Source: Planctomycetaceae bacterium
GTDB taxonomy: Bacteria; Planctomycetota; UBA1135; GCA-002686595
NCBI GenBank assembly: GCA_050480685.1
Contig: JBJHAV010000001.1
Location: 1-56,356, forward strand
DNA length: 56,356 bases
Reading direction: 5' to 3'
The notes beneath the pieces were generated by a model. That model saw only the letters and a list, made by a program, of their open reading frames with translations. It was not told the DNA's origin and searched no databases. Each line of letters opens with the position of its first letter. The first letter of the stretch is position 1. The translations under genes were made by a program, and so were the position numbers. Of this stretch, positions 8,303 through 18,336 are shown in pieces.

Positions 8303-9949
8303 TTAGCGGGGCGCGCGGGCCGGAGCTTGGCGCCGACGGGGAGCGTTTTCGGCGTCCTCCAGCCCTTCGGCCGGGTCGGTGTAGACCCAGGGCTCGGCCC
8401 GCGCGGCGGCGGCCAAGGCCAACTCCTCGACCAACAGGACGAGGCGCGCCATCGAGCCGAACTCGACCTTCTCCCAGGTATCCGTGGGCCGGTGGTAGTC
8501 CGGGTGCCCGTGGGCGTTGGTGAAGAACAGCGCCGGCACCTGGGCCGCCAGGAACGACGCGTGGTCGGAGCGCGCGGAGATCGAACGCGACGGCACCAGT
8601 TCCAGCGGAGAGCGGGCGAAGTGCGGCGCCAACCAGTCGCCGAGCCCCGCGGAGGTGCGCTCGCCCTGCACGCTCACGCGCTCTTCCCGGATGCGGCCAA
8701 CCATGTCCAGATTGATCATGAAAGCGTGCGTTTCGATCGATCGGATCGGTTCGGCGACGTAATGGCGCGATCCCAAGAGACCCGATTCCTCCGCGTCGAA
8801 GAGCAGCAGCAGCAGGGTTCGCCGGGGCTGGTCCTCGGGCCACTCGGCGACGCGCCGGGCGAGGCGCTCGGCCAGCATCAGGACACTCGCGGACCCGCTG
8901 GCGTTGTCGTCCGCCCCCGGGTGCAAAACACCGCCATCGGCCGGTGATCCGAAGCGGCCGTTGCCCACATGGTCCAGGTGGGCGCCGACCACGATGATCT
9001 CCTCGGCCAGCCCGCCGCTGCCCGGCAACAGGGCGCCGAGGTTTTGAGCCGGCACGCGTGTGCGCGCCAGCTCCGCGGCCAAGCGGACTTCGAGGCCCAA
9101 GGGCTGGATCCCGCCCTTTTCATCGGCCGCACGCGTCAACGCTGCGAAGTCACCACCGGCGGCGGCGACGAGCCGCGTGGCGCCTTCCGCGGTCAGGTGC
9201 ATGACCGGCACGCGCACCGCCATCCGGCCGGCTTCCTCGGGTGTCATGATGCGCCGCGAACGGGGATCGAAGGACCCCGGCGGGTTGGCGACGAGCACCG
9301 CGGCCGCGCCGCGTTCGGCGGCGGCGCGCACCTTGTCCGCCAGGCCGGCGCGCGGGGACCAGTTGCCGCTCTCGGTCCAGCGGCTGCGGCCGGCTTCATT
9401 GCGCGGCTCGAAGCGCACGATGAGCGCGATGCGTCCGTCCAGGCGCTCGTCACCTGGAAAACTCGCGTAACCCTCGGGACCGTTCTGGATCCCATAACCG
9501 CAGAAGACCAATTCCCCGGCGGCCTGGCCGGAGCTGCCCAGGCCCAGGGCGTTGAACTCCACGCGGCCGTTCAACTCGATCTCGCCGGCGGCCAGGTGCT
9601 GGGAAACGAGATCCACCGGCCCCGGGTAATCGAAATCTTGGCGCCATTTCCCGTCGAAGGCAGGCTGGGCGCCGCTCGCTGCGAGGAACATCTGCGCGTA
9701 GTCGCGCGCGCGCTCCATACCCACGGTGCCCGGTGTGCGTCCCTCGAAGAAGGGGCTCGTCAGCACGATCACGTGTTCGCGCAGGCGCTGCTCCAAGAGC
9801 GCCAGGTCGAGCTCGTCGGGATGCGCGCCGGCGGCGGACTCTTCGCTGTCCGCGAGGGTGGAGGCCGGCCCGAGGGATGCACCCGCCACCGGCCAGGGCA
9901 GGAAGAGGGCGCAGAGCAGCAGGACCTGTAGCACGCGGCTGTGGAGCAT
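8303..9949 (-). CDS. M28-family aminopeptidase with a PA domain, secreted
   Basis: VGAHLDHVG, HPGADDNASGSA, LFDAEESGLLGSRHY, INLDMVGR and SDHASF metal-ligand motifs. Signal peptide MLHSRVLQVLLLCALFLPWPVAGA from the ATG at 9949. The ORF-track extension to 10084 is unlikely to be real. Confidence 0.85.
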   Translation of the reverse strand: MLHSRVLQVLLLCALFLPWPVAGASLGPASTLADSEESAAGAHPDELDLALLEQRLREHVIVLTSPFFEGRTPGTVGMERARDYAQMFLAASGAQPAFDGKWRQDFDYPGPVDLVSQHLAAGEIELNGRVEFNALGLGSSGQAAGELVFCGYGIQNGPEGYASFPGDERLDGRIALIVRFEPRNEAGRSRWTESGNWSPRAGLADKVRAAAERGAAAVLVANPPGSFDPRSRRIMTPEEAGRMAVRVPVMHLTAEGATRLVAAAGGDFAALTRAADEKGGIQPLGLEVRLAAELARTRVPAQNLGALLPGSGGLAEEIIVVGAHLDHVGNGRFGSPADGGVLHPGADDNASGSASVLMLAERLARRVAEWPEDQPRRTLLLLLFDAEESGLLGSRHYVAEPIRSIETHAFMINLDMVGRIREERVSVQGERTSAGLGDWLAPHFARSPLELVPSRSISARSDHASFLAAQVPALFFTNAHGHPDYHRPTDTWEKVEFGSMARLVLLVEELALAAAARAEPWVYTDPAEGLEDAENAPRRRQAPARAPR

Positions 9950-10125
9950 GGTGTCGGGGTGTCGGGCGGAGGTTGGCTTCGCAGGGTTCGAGTGCATCTT
10001 AGGGGCACGGGCCCGAATCGGGGCAGCGCCGCACTCGGGAGCGCGGGAGGGGTGGTCCTGGCCCCCGGCACGCGCTCCGGCCACACTCTCGGAACATCGC
10101 GCGAGGCTCGCCCCGCGCCCGACAC

Positions 10126-11163
10126 ATGGCCACCATCGCGATCCAACCGGACGACTACACCCTGCCCGGCGCGCCCGCCGAGGCGGACGCCGCTTCGCCG
10201 CGCTGGGCCCGCGGACTCGAGCGCCTAGGCCATCGGGTGCGCTGGGTCGACGTGCGCCGCGCGGACGTATTGGAACAACTGGCCGGCTGCGACGGCTTTC
10301 TGTGGCGCTTCGCCCACTTCGCGGGCATGCCAGCGATCGCGCGCCGTTTGTTGCCGGTGCTCGAACGCACCCTGGGCTTGGTGATTTACCCGAGTCTCGA
10401 CTCGTGGATCGCTTTCGACGACAAGCCGGCCCAGGCCTTGGCCCTGGCGGCCGCCGGCATTCCGTCGCCGCGCAGTTGGACCTGGTACGACGAAGCCTCC
10501 GCTCTCCACTGGCTCGACGCAGCGAACTATCCGCTTGTGATGAAACTCGCCGGCGGAGCGAGTTCCACCAACGTGCGACTCGTGCGCACGGCGGAAGAAG
10601 GGCGCATCCTGACCCGCCAGGCCTTCCGCCGGGGCCTGCGGCGTCTCAAGGGCGACGCCGCGCTGGTCGGAACCGCGGGTCGCTTGCGCCGGGCGCTGGA
10701 CATTTTGGACCACGCGCTGCACGCGTCGAATCAACGCCGCTGCGCGCCCGAGGCCGGCTACGTTCACTTCCAGGAGTTTTTGCCGGGCAACACCTTCGAC
10801 ACGCGCGTCACCGTCATCGGCGCGCGCGCCTTTGCATTTCGGCGCTTCAACCGGCCCGGTGACTTCCGCGCCAGCGGCAGCGGTCACATCGACTGGGACC
10901 CGGCGGCTATCGATTCGCGCTGTTTGGACTTGGCACGCGACACGGCCCGGCGGCTCGGCATGGAATCCTGCGCGACCGATCTGCTTTACGACGGTGAAGC
11001 TCCACGCATCGTGGAGTTCAGCTACACCTTCGGGCCGAGTTTGCGGCTCTGCCCGGGGCACTGGCTGGAAACAGGGACGGGTTGGCAGTGGCAGGAAGGG
11101 CGCATGGACCCGGAGGAGGCCCAACTGGAGGGGTTTCTGGCGCGCCTGGAGCAACGCCCGTGA
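10126..11163 (+). CDS. ATP-grasp domain protein in a polysaccharide-biosynthesis context
   Basis: PLVMKLAGGASSTNVRLV, YVHFQEFLPGNTFDTRVTVIG and ATDLLYDGEAPRIVEFSYTFG fit the ATP-grasp fold. GTGA overlap with the downstream glycosyltransferase. Confidence 0.65.
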   Translation: MATIAIQPDDYTLPGAPAEADAASPRWARGLERLGHRVRWVDVRRADVLEQLAGCDGFLWRFAHFAGMPAIARRLLPVLERTLGLVIYPSLDSWIAFDDKPAQALALAAAGIPSPRSWTWYDEASALHWLDAANYPLVMKLAGGASSTNVRLVRTAEEGRILTRQAFRRGLRRLKGDAALVGTAGRLRRALDILDHALHASNQRRCAPEAGYVHFQEFLPGNTFDTRVTVIGARAFAFRRFNRPGDFRASGSGHIDWDPAAIDSRCLDLARDTARRLGMESCATDLLYDGEAPRIVEFSYTFGPSLRLCPGHWLETGTGWQWQEGRMDPEEAQLEGFLARLEQRP

Positions 11164-12437
11164 GCGCGCTCGCCGGACGGCGACTCGTGTTCCTGATCGA
11201 TTCGCCGCGCCTGGGCGGCGCCGAGCACCAGGCGCTGCTTCTGGCCTCGCAGCTCCGCGAACACGGGGGCGCGGAGTGTTCGTTCTTCGCCCTGCGCGAT
11301 GCGCCCACGGGAGAGGATCCGGTGCGCGAGCGCTGCTCGGCAAGCGGACTGCCGCTTTTCATCGCGCGGGAGCCCATTCCCGAGCGCTGGAGCGCGTGGC
11401 CGCGCGGCCTGGACGGCTTGGCGCGGCAACTGCGCGAACTGCGCACCGAAGTGCTGCTCGGCTACTGGAACCGGCCCAATGTGGCCGGGGCCCTGGTTTG
11501 GCGCGCGGCCGGCGCGAGGCTCTTCGTCTGGGGGCAGCGGGATGAGGGCCGCGACCGACCGCCCCCTTGGCTCGAGCGTCTCGCGCTGCGCCGCACACCG
11601 CACTTTGCCGCGAACTCGTCCAGCTCCCTGCGTTTCCTGCTCGGCCGGCTCGCCTTGCCGCGGGTGCGTGTGAGCAAACTTCCGAACGGCTTCGTGCCCG
11701 CCGCGCCCCTGGAATCCCGCGAGAGTTGGCGCGAACGGCTGGGACTCCAAGGCGACACCTTCGCGGCGACCATGATCGCCAACCTGCACGCTCACAAGGA
11801 TCACAGCACCCTGCTGGAGGCCTGGGCCCGGGTGGTGGCGGAGTGCGCAGCGGGCGGGCCTACGCCTCAACTCCTGCTCGCCGGTGCACCCGGCCCCCGG
11901 GAAATCGCCTTGCGGCGGCGCGCGGCGGCAGCGGACCTCATGGGCTCGGTGCACTTCCTGGGCCGGGTCGACGACGTCGCGGGATTGCTCGGGGCCTGCG
12001 ATCTGTGTGTGCACAGCTCCCGCCGCGAGGGTTTGCCCAACGCCGTGCTCGAAGCGATGGGCGCCGGCTTGCCGGTGGTCGGCACGGACATCCGGGCCAT
12101 GCGCGAAGTGCTCGGCCCCTTGGCCGAAGCTCGTTTGGCCGCTCCCGGGAATGCGGCCAGCTTGGCGAAACGCATCCTAGAGCTGATCGGCATGCAAGCC
12201 CCCCATCGACAGCGCCTGGGCCAAACCTCGAAGGAACGCGCCATCTCCCACTTCAGCCCCGAGCGTTCGCGCCTCCGGGCCGAACGGAACCTCGCGCGCG
12301 CCCTGACCCAATCCTCGCCTGCGGACAACACCGCCGCTTCCCTGGCCAACGACATGGCCGGCTATCGGCGCATCGCTCCCTTGGATCGTCTAGCCCGCAA
12401 ACTCACACGCCGCTGGCGCGACCTTCCGCGCGCTTGA
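11160..12437 (+). CDS. Glycosyltransferase family 4 (GT-B, GT1 superfamily)
   Basis: N-terminal LVFLIDSPRLGGAEHQ. C-terminal SSRREGLPNAVLEAMGAGLPVVGTD (E-x7-E type motif). GTG at 11160 overlaps the upstream stop. Confidence 0.8.
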   Translation: MSALAGRRLVFLIDSPRLGGAEHQALLLASQLREHGGAECSFFALRDAPTGEDPVRERCSASGLPLFIAREPIPERWSAWPRGLDGLARQLRELRTEVLLGYWNRPNVAGALVWRAAGARLFVWGQRDEGRDRPPPWLERLALRRTPHFAANSSSSLRFLLGRLALPRVRVSKLPNGFVPAAPLESRESWRERLGLQGDTFAATMIANLHAHKDHSTLLEAWARVVAECAAGGPTPQLLLAGAPGPREIALRRRAAAADLMGSVHFLGRVDDVAGLLGACDLCVHSSRREGLPNAVLEAMGAGLPVVGTDIRAMREVLGPLAEARLAAPGNAASLAKRILELIGMQAPHRQRLGQTSKERAISHFSPERSRLRAERNLARALTQSSPADNTAASLANDMAGYRRIAPLDRLARKLTRRWRDLPRA

Positions 12438-12638
12438 GCAAACCTGCTCCAGTCATGACCGCAAAGAAGCTGCCATTCGCTGTGTCGAGCAAATTCGGCG
12501 TTCGAGATCGTGCTCCCACTCGATGTACCAACGAGACGCAGTCCGTTCGTCCGTGGTGTGAAGCGGCGGTCCAGCGTGAGCCCACAACAGCCCCGGCATG
12601 CTGAGCCAACTGCGAAATGGGCGGCGCGGCAGGTTCGC

Positions 12639-13544
12639 TCAACGGACCGGGGCGGCCCGTTCCTGGGGACCGACGCGAATGGGGGGCGCAGTGGACTCGC
12701 GGCCGTCCGCGTTCGCGGCGGGGGGATGCTCGGACGGCGCGACCGACAAACCATCGAGACCATTCGCACTGCGCACGCCACCCTGTCGGATGAGGTCCAT
12801 CAGGCGCTGTTCCGCATCCGCGGCCGGGGGATGCTCCGGGTGGTGCAGGTGGTACACAATCGCCCGGTTGAGCAGCGGGGCGAAGGTTCTGCCAGCCCGC
12901 TGCAGGCGCAGTTCCAGTTCGCGATCCTCGCGCCTGGCCGGGGCGTCGTGGTTGTAGCCGTTGATTTCCCCAAAGACGTCGGCGCGGATCGAGAAGTTCA
13001 CCCCCATCAGCTTGCGCGGCCGGGGGTGGAAGATCCGCGTGAGCGCGCTCGGCAACCGCAGTCCAAGGCCGTAGCGGCGGGTGTCCCCCGCAAGCGCGCT
13101 CCACAGGGTCGGCCCCAGCCAGCGCTCCAGGCGCCCGTGGTCGACCCACTCCCGATCGACGCGTGCGGTCAGTGCCGGGCCGAGTTTGACGCGCCGCCCG
13201 CAAAGCACGTCCGCACGCCGGTGAGCGGCCAGGTGATCGGCGACGAAGTGGCGATGGGGAATCGAGTCCCCGTCCAAGAAGATCAGGCGCTCCGCGCGGG
13301 CCTGACGGGCGGCCTGATTGCAGGCGCGCATCTTGCGAAAGCCCTGGTCCGCCTGCCACAGGTGCTCGAGTCCACAGGGAAACTGCGGGCGCCACGCATC
13401 GATGACCGCGCGTGTTTCGGGCCCCGATCCATCATCCGCCACAAGGACCTGGGCCGGCACTTGCACCTGGCGCGCCAAACCCGAGAGAACCAGGTCGAGC
13501 TCACGGGGCGCATCAAAGGTGCTGACGATGACGGCGGCTCTCAT
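12639..13544 (-). CDS. Glycosyltransferase family 2
   Basis: MRAAVIVSTFDAPRELDLVLSGLARQ, LVADDGS and IFLDGDSIP (DxD). ATG at 13544 forms an ATGA overlap with the upstream GT2 gene. Confidence 0.8.
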   Translation of the reverse strand: MRAAVIVSTFDAPRELDLVLSGLARQVQVPAQVLVADDGSGPETRAVIDAWRPQFPCGLEHLWQADQGFRKMRACNQAARQARAERLIFLDGDSIPHRHFVADHLAAHRRADVLCGRRVKLGPALTARVDREWVDHGRLERWLGPTLWSALAGDTRRYGLGLRLPSALTRIFHPRPRKLMGVNFSIRADVFGEINGYNHDAPARREDRELELRLQRAGRTFAPLLNRAIVYHLHHPEHPPAADAEQRLMDLIRQGGVRSANGLDGLSVAPSEHPPAANADGRESTAPPIRVGPQERAAPVR

Positions 13545-14491
13545 GGTTTCCCCAGGAGCTCGGCCAAACGACCCTCGGCCTGCCAACACTTGCGCCTGGG
13601 CCTCAAGCTGGCCGGTCCGCGTTCCAGTGCCCAGCGGGTGCGATAACAGGCCCACACGAGGCACTGCTCGGCGACCTTCAGGGCCGCCATCGGCGCATTC
13701 GGACGGGGACGCATGCGCACGGACGCACGCCCATACCCCAGGTGCCAACGGCGCAGATACTCCCAGCCGACCTTCTCGGGTTGGAGATGGTGATCGACCG
13801 CGGCCCCGGGCAGGTAGCGCACCGCCCGGCCGGCCGCGAGCAACCGGGAGACCAGGTGGGTCTCTTCGCCCGGGACGAGTTCACGCCCCCAGCCCAAGCG
13901 CGGATCGAAACCACCCAGTTCCGCCAGTGCGGCGCGGCGCACCGCCATGTTGCCGCCCCGGGGAGCTCCCACCGGTCCCTTGGGCACCACGTCGCACTCC
14001 TCCTCGCCGTGGTGGTAATAACCCGTGGATCCGCACCCTTCGCACTCGACCGCCCGGCGGTAGTCCTCGGGTGTGCCGGGCGGATAGACCGGCAGCACCG
14101 GCCCGCCCGCAGCCGCTAAACCGGGATCCGCGAAGGCGCGCTCCAGGGACGCGTACCAACCCCGTCGCGGGGTGACGTCGTCGTCGAGGAACACAAACAC
14201 TTCGGCGCCAAGCCCCTCGATGCCGCGATTGCGAGCGTGGGAGAGTCCGAGCCGAGGTTCGAGCAGCCCGTCCAGGGGCCATGGGTAGGCCCCGCGCCGC
14301 GAGTCGAGCACTTGGGCGGCGCCGGCTTCTTCGCCGTTCTCAACGACCCGCACGCACCAGGCTTGGGCGGCCTCGCCGGCCAGCTCCGCCAAACGGTCCA
14401 GCAAACGAGCCAAGGAGCCGACCCGCCGGCGGGTGGGGATCACCACGCCGAAATCCACCTGGGACCCGGCTGCGACCTGGCTGTCACCCAT
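13541..14491 (-). CDS. Glycosyltransferase family 2
   Basis: VVIPTRRRVGSLARLL, SHARNRG and VFLDDDVTP (DxD). Confidence 0.8.
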   Translation of the reverse strand: MGDSQVAAGSQVDFGVVIPTRRRVGSLARLLDRLAELAGEAAQAWCVRVVENGEEAGAAQVLDSRRGAYPWPLDGLLEPRLGLSHARNRGIEGLGAEVFVFLDDDVTPRRGWYASLERAFADPGLAAAGGPVLPVYPPGTPEDYRRAVECEGCGSTGYYHHGEEECDVVPKGPVGAPRGGNMAVRRAALAELGGFDPRLGWGRELVPGEETHLVSRLLAAGRAVRYLPGAAVDHHLQPEKVGWEYLRRWHLGYGRASVRMRPRPNAPMAALKVAEQCLVWACYRTRWALERGPASLRPRRKCWQAEGRLAELLGKP

Positions 14492-14694
14492 GCCCCTAGG
14501 TTATTCCACTTTGCGACTTGGACCGCCGCCCCGAAGCTGGGGACCAAGGCGCATTCCCCTGGCTGGCAGCCCCGCCGATGGAGCCGCGGGGGAGCCCCGG
14601 GGGATCCCCGTGGCCGGGCTCACGGTCCCGAGGGCCCCCAAGTGCTCCACGCCGGTCCCCGGGGCTTCCCCCAGAAAGGCCCCTCCCGGACCGC

Positions 14695-17592
14695 TCAATC
14701 CGAGCTCGGCGGGCCCGGGGCCAAAAATGTCTGGACCTGCCCCCGCGGAAGCCCGTCCGCGTCGTACCAAGAATCCAGCACAACCCCGTGGACCGGGTCA
14801 GCCAAGCGCTGCAACAGCGTCGCCCCGAGCGGCCCGGCCATGCCCGGATCCGTCGCCCCGTCCCGCAGCAACCCGGCCAAGGCCGGATCGAGCAGCGCGT
14901 GGCTGCTGGAAGCCTGGCTGATGCCATCCGGGCGCACCAGCCGGTCCAGATCGAAGACGGCGCCCGCCGGGTCGTAGAAACTCGCCGGCGCTTGATTGAA
15001 GGGTTTGCGGTCGGGGTTCGTGTCCAGCGGATTCACGGGCCGCCCCTGGGCGTCGAAAACGAACAGACCGCTGCCGAGTCCGGCAACCATGTGCACCCAG
15101 AAAGGAGAGTCAAGCTGGTTGCCGGTGTTCCGGCCGATGTGTGTCTTGAGCAACTCCCAGTCCAGATCGTCGTAGTTGCCGGAGGCGATCGCCTGGCGGA
15201 AGTCCTCGTACTCGGGCCCCCAGTTCTCCAGGGCGTTTTCGGTCAGGTGGCATGCGACGCAGTAGCGCGGGCCTTCCATCTTTGGACCGACCTTGCCGCG
15301 GATCGAGTGCGCCATCAAGGCGTTGTGGGAGAGGGCCGGATAGGCCGCCGCCGGACTGTTGCCTTGACCCTTGCGATCGGAGAACGCGAAGACCTGGGAC
15401 AGGTCGCCGTTCAAATCGCGGTAGCGGAAGAAGGTTTTGGTGTTGGCGCTGACCTGGGCAATCTTCCCGCGTGAGTTGATGCCAAGCTGGAAGGGCACCG
15501 GAGACTGGTAGACGAAGTCCGCGAAGCGTTCGCGGAACACGATGCGTTCCCCGGTGATGTTCGAGAAGTTGTTCCCGGTGTTGTACTCCCCTTCCAGGTG
15601 GCACCCCATGCAGGTGTTGGTCCACGCCGAGTGGCAGGTCGCACAATCCATCCGATCCGTGTGGCTGAATCCGGTGTGCGGATTGCCCACCTGCTGGGGC
15701 CCGAGGCCCGTGGAGGGATCGCCGTCGATGCGCCCCATCGCGTAGGAAGCCGCGACGCTGTAGAGGGGCGTTTCGTCGAAGGGGTTGGTCACGCCGGTAT
15801 CGACGGTGACGTCCCGTGTCTGCGGCACGAAGTGCTTGGCGCCAGTGACCTTGCTGTAGAGATAAACGTGCCCATCGGCCTCCCGGCGCACGTGGCGCAG
15901 CACGTTGCCGCGCGTGTCGGTGAGGTGCTGACCGGGCTGCCCCAGGTAGTTTGTGCCCGCGACCGTCTCCGCGTAGTGATCCACACCACCGTGACAGCTC
16001 TCGCAGGAGATCGCCACCGCCTGCTCCATGCGCGAACGAATCGGGCTCAGTCCACTGCCGAGCGTACCTCCGTGCAGTTCGTGGGACCCGTGGCAATCGA
16101 TGCAGCCCATACCGGCCTCGTAGTGGACGTCCGGAGGCGTGTCGTCCCGCCCATCTCCGTCGTAGTCCTCGAAGGATAGGTACTGATGGAAGTTGCGACC
16201 GTTGAAGGTGTTGTTGCCGACTTCCGGATCGAACAGGCGCGGATCGTCCTTGGTGTTCGTGAAGGAGACCGGATTGGCCGGATACTGCCGGTTGCGCCTC
16301 ACATCCTGGTTTTGGTCGAGCCGAATGCCCCAGTACTGCATGACGGTGCGGTTCGAACCCTGGTGGCAACCTGCGCAGGTGTGGTCGTCGATGCCTCCCA
16401 CATGCACACCCGAGTCGAGGGTGCGCGCCACACTTACGATCCGGTGTGCCCGCACGTGGGACCGTTCCCCGGACGCGATGTTGTCCGGGTTGAGAGGCTC
16501 CAGCGGATTCATGTGCGGGTCCTTGCTGCCCGTGCGTCCGCCTAGGCTGTAGGGCATGTGACACGCCGAGCATCCGGAGGACCGGAAGTCGCCCGCCCGG
16601 TTGTTGGCTCCGGCACTGCCCAGGTGGCAATCGCCGCACGTGAAGGCCACCTGTTCGTGGAACAAACGGGCGAGCTCCGAGTCGCTGATGACCCGCCCAT
16701 CGGCGAGCTGCTGGTTGGCGAGCAACGCGGCGCTGTAGGCCTGGTTGTTGTGGATCTTGTTCGGGTGGGTCGAGTTGTGCTGGCTGTGGACCGGATGTTC
16801 GATCAAACGCGGAACCTGCCCGGGTTCGGCTGTTTGCGCCGAGTAGTTGGGGTCGCTGACCGCGCGAAAGCCCAGGTCCGCCGCGGTGTCCAGATGCAGC
16901 CCCTGATTCTCCGCAACGTAGTTCTCGATGCCCGCCGAGAAGGAAGCGCCCGACAGGACCCCCGCCGAAGTGGCCAGCAAGCTGTTGGTCACCAACTCGG
17001 AGTGCGGTGCGTGGCACTCTCCGCAGCCGCGGCCGAGTTGCGTCACCCGCAGGTCGCCGGGATTGATGAACTGCAGGTAGTCGATGGCAGTGTAGGTTTT
17101 GCCGTCCACCGTGTAGTCCGGGAACTTGTCGATCCCGGCCAAGGTGCGACGGTTGAAGAAGGCCAATGCGTTGGTCTTTTGCTTCTCGCGGTCGCCGATC
17201 TGGGGCGGAGGCGGAACGTGGGCCGCGAACTGGTCGCTGGCGCTGCCATCGCCACCATGGCAAACCGTGCAGTCCATGCTCTCCGCGCCGGGAAACGGAT
17301 GCGGGTTTTCGATCCCAGGACCCGAGTAGTTCGCATCCAACGAACCGTTGTGGCACAGCATGCACGAGCTGGCCGTTTGGGGCTGCAAGCTACTGGTTTC
17401 TCCGGGAGTCCCCAGCCCGCAGCCAGTGCTGCCAACAAGCAACAGCGCAAGTCCCAGGGCGAACCCCGCGCCTCTCAGCGCACCCAAGCGCTGCCGCCTG
17501 TCCGCTTCTGCTCCGATCCGGCCTCGCATACCTCTCCCCTCCCTTGCTTCCCAAGCGACCGGCGCGTCCCCACACACCCGGCCTCGCTTCAT
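14695..17592 (-). CDS. Large multihaem c-type cytochrome (11 CxxCH), probably a lipoprotein
   Basis: I count 11 CxxCH motifs (CMLCH, CTVCH, CGECH, CGDCH, CSACH, CAGCH, CIDCH, CESCH, CATCH, CMGCH, CVACH). Signal with a lipobox-like LLLVGSTGC. An alternative start at 17529 (MRGRIG...) is possible. Confidence 0.85.
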   Translation of the reverse strand: MKRGRVCGDAPVAWEAREGRGMRGRIGAEADRRQRLGALRGAGFALGLALLLVGSTGCGLGTPGETSSLQPQTASSCMLCHNGSLDANYSGPGIENPHPFPGAESMDCTVCHGGDGSASDQFAAHVPPPPQIGDREKQKTNALAFFNRRTLAGIDKFPDYTVDGKTYTAIDYLQFINPGDLRVTQLGRGCGECHAPHSELVTNSLLATSAGVLSGASFSAGIENYVAENQGLHLDTAADLGFRAVSDPNYSAQTAEPGQVPRLIEHPVHSQHNSTHPNKIHNNQAYSAALLANQQLADGRVISDSELARLFHEQVAFTCGDCHLGSAGANNRAGDFRSSGCSACHMPYSLGGRTGSKDPHMNPLEPLNPDNIASGERSHVRAHRIVSVARTLDSGVHVGGIDDHTCAGCHQGSNRTVMQYWGIRLDQNQDVRRNRQYPANPVSFTNTKDDPRLFDPEVGNNTFNGRNFHQYLSFEDYDGDGRDDTPPDVHYEAGMGCIDCHGSHELHGGTLGSGLSPIRSRMEQAVAISCESCHGGVDHYAETVAGTNYLGQPGQHLTDTRGNVLRHVRREADGHVYLYSKVTGAKHFVPQTRDVTVDTGVTNPFDETPLYSVAASYAMGRIDGDPSTGLGPQQVGNPHTGFSHTDRMDCATCHSAWTNTCMGCHLEGEYNTGNNFSNITGERIVFRERFADFVYQSPVPFQLGINSRGKIAQVSANTKTFFRYRDLNGDLSQVFAFSDRKGQGNSPAAAYPALSHNALMAHSIRGKVGPKMEGPRYCVACHLTENALENWGPEYEDFRQAIASGNYDDLDWELLKTHIGRNTGNQLDSPFWVHMVAGLGSGLFVFDAQGRPVNPLDTNPDRKPFNQAPASFYDPAGAVFDLDRLVRPDGISQASSSHALLDPALAGLLRDGATDPGMAGPLGATLLQRLADPVHGVVLDSWYDADGLPRGQVQTFLAPGPPSSD

Positions 17593-17667
17593 CGGACCAG
17601 GGGGTGGATCCCTTGAGGCAACCTGTCTACCCGGAAGATTTTTCCGCCCCGCCGCGATGGCCGCCGC

Positions 17668-18336
17668 TCAACGGACTTGGGCCTGCTGCCAGGTCGTCGG
17701 CAGGTGGCAGCGGTCGCAGCGATCGACCCAGCCGAGCGCGATGTGGTTAGGATTTTGCGCACCCTGCAGATCCGCCTGGTGGCACGACACACAATTGTGA
17801 TCGGTGGGCACGAAGCGCCCCACCGCCGAACCCGGGTGGCAACGATGGCAAGCGGTGATCGCGTGAACACCCACCAGCGGAAAACGGGTCCGGTTGTGGC
17901 GCTCCACCATGCCGACCGCTTGCCAATTCACTTCGTGGTGGCAGCTCGCGCAGTTTTGGCCCAGTTGACCGAGGTGCACGTCCTCGTGGCAGCCCGCGCA
18001 GCCACGGGCCGCGAAAACCTCCACCGGGCCTCGATCGTTGTGACACAGCAGGCACTGGGCCGCCGAGTGGGCCCCGACGAGCGCCACTCCCGTCTCCTTC
18101 TCATGGTCAAAATGGAAGTCCGCCCGCAGACGATTCCAGGAGTCACCCTCATGGCACAGACTGCAATCCGCCGGGAAGCTGTCATGGGGCAACACCGGTC
18201 CCAACCCAGACCACCAACGATGCACCTCCACCCGATGCGGCCGAGAGAGTGAGCAGGCGATCGCAAGCAGCAAGAGTGCGGCCGCGGCCACACGCCCGCG
18301 AGCTGTGGGACACAGCCAGGCGTTCAGAAGGTCCAT
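17668..18336 (-). CDS. Small multihaem c-type cytochrome (7 CxxCH, c7/c3-like modules)
   Basis: CSLCH, CLLCH, CAGCH, CASCH, CHRCH, CVSCH, CDRCH. Signal MDLLNAW...AAALLLLAIAC from the ATG at 18336. Overlaps the upstream stop by 13 nt. Confidence 0.85.
   Translation of the reverse strand: MDLLNAWLCPTARGRVAAAALLLLAIACSLSRPHRVEVHRWWSGLGPVLPHDSFPADCSLCHEGDSWNRLRADFHFDHEKETGVALVGAHSAAQCLLCHNDRGPVEVFAARGCAGCHEDVHLGQLGQNCASCHHEVNWQAVGMVERHNRTRFPLVGVHAITACHRCHPGSAVGRFVPTDHNCVSCHQADLQGAQNPNHIALGWVDRCDRCHLPTTWQQAQVR

Noticed and set aside
9950-10084. 45-codon upstream extension of the M28 peptidase
   Set aside because: The ATG at 9949 is immediately followed by a classical signal peptide. The extension has no signal-peptide logic.
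12456-12604. 49-codon ORF (MTAKKLPFAVSSKFG...) in the slightly less GC-rich convergent spacer between the GT4 and GT2 genes
   Set aside because: No Shine-Dalgarno, no recognisable family, and poor codon composition. It is probably just spacer or terminator region. I did not find a convincing hairpin either.
15110-17365. 751-aa minus-strand ORF in an alternative frame of the 11-haem cytochrome gene
   Set aside because: Arg/Pro/Gly-dominated junk composition. The frame carrying the 11 CxxCH motifs is clearly the real one.
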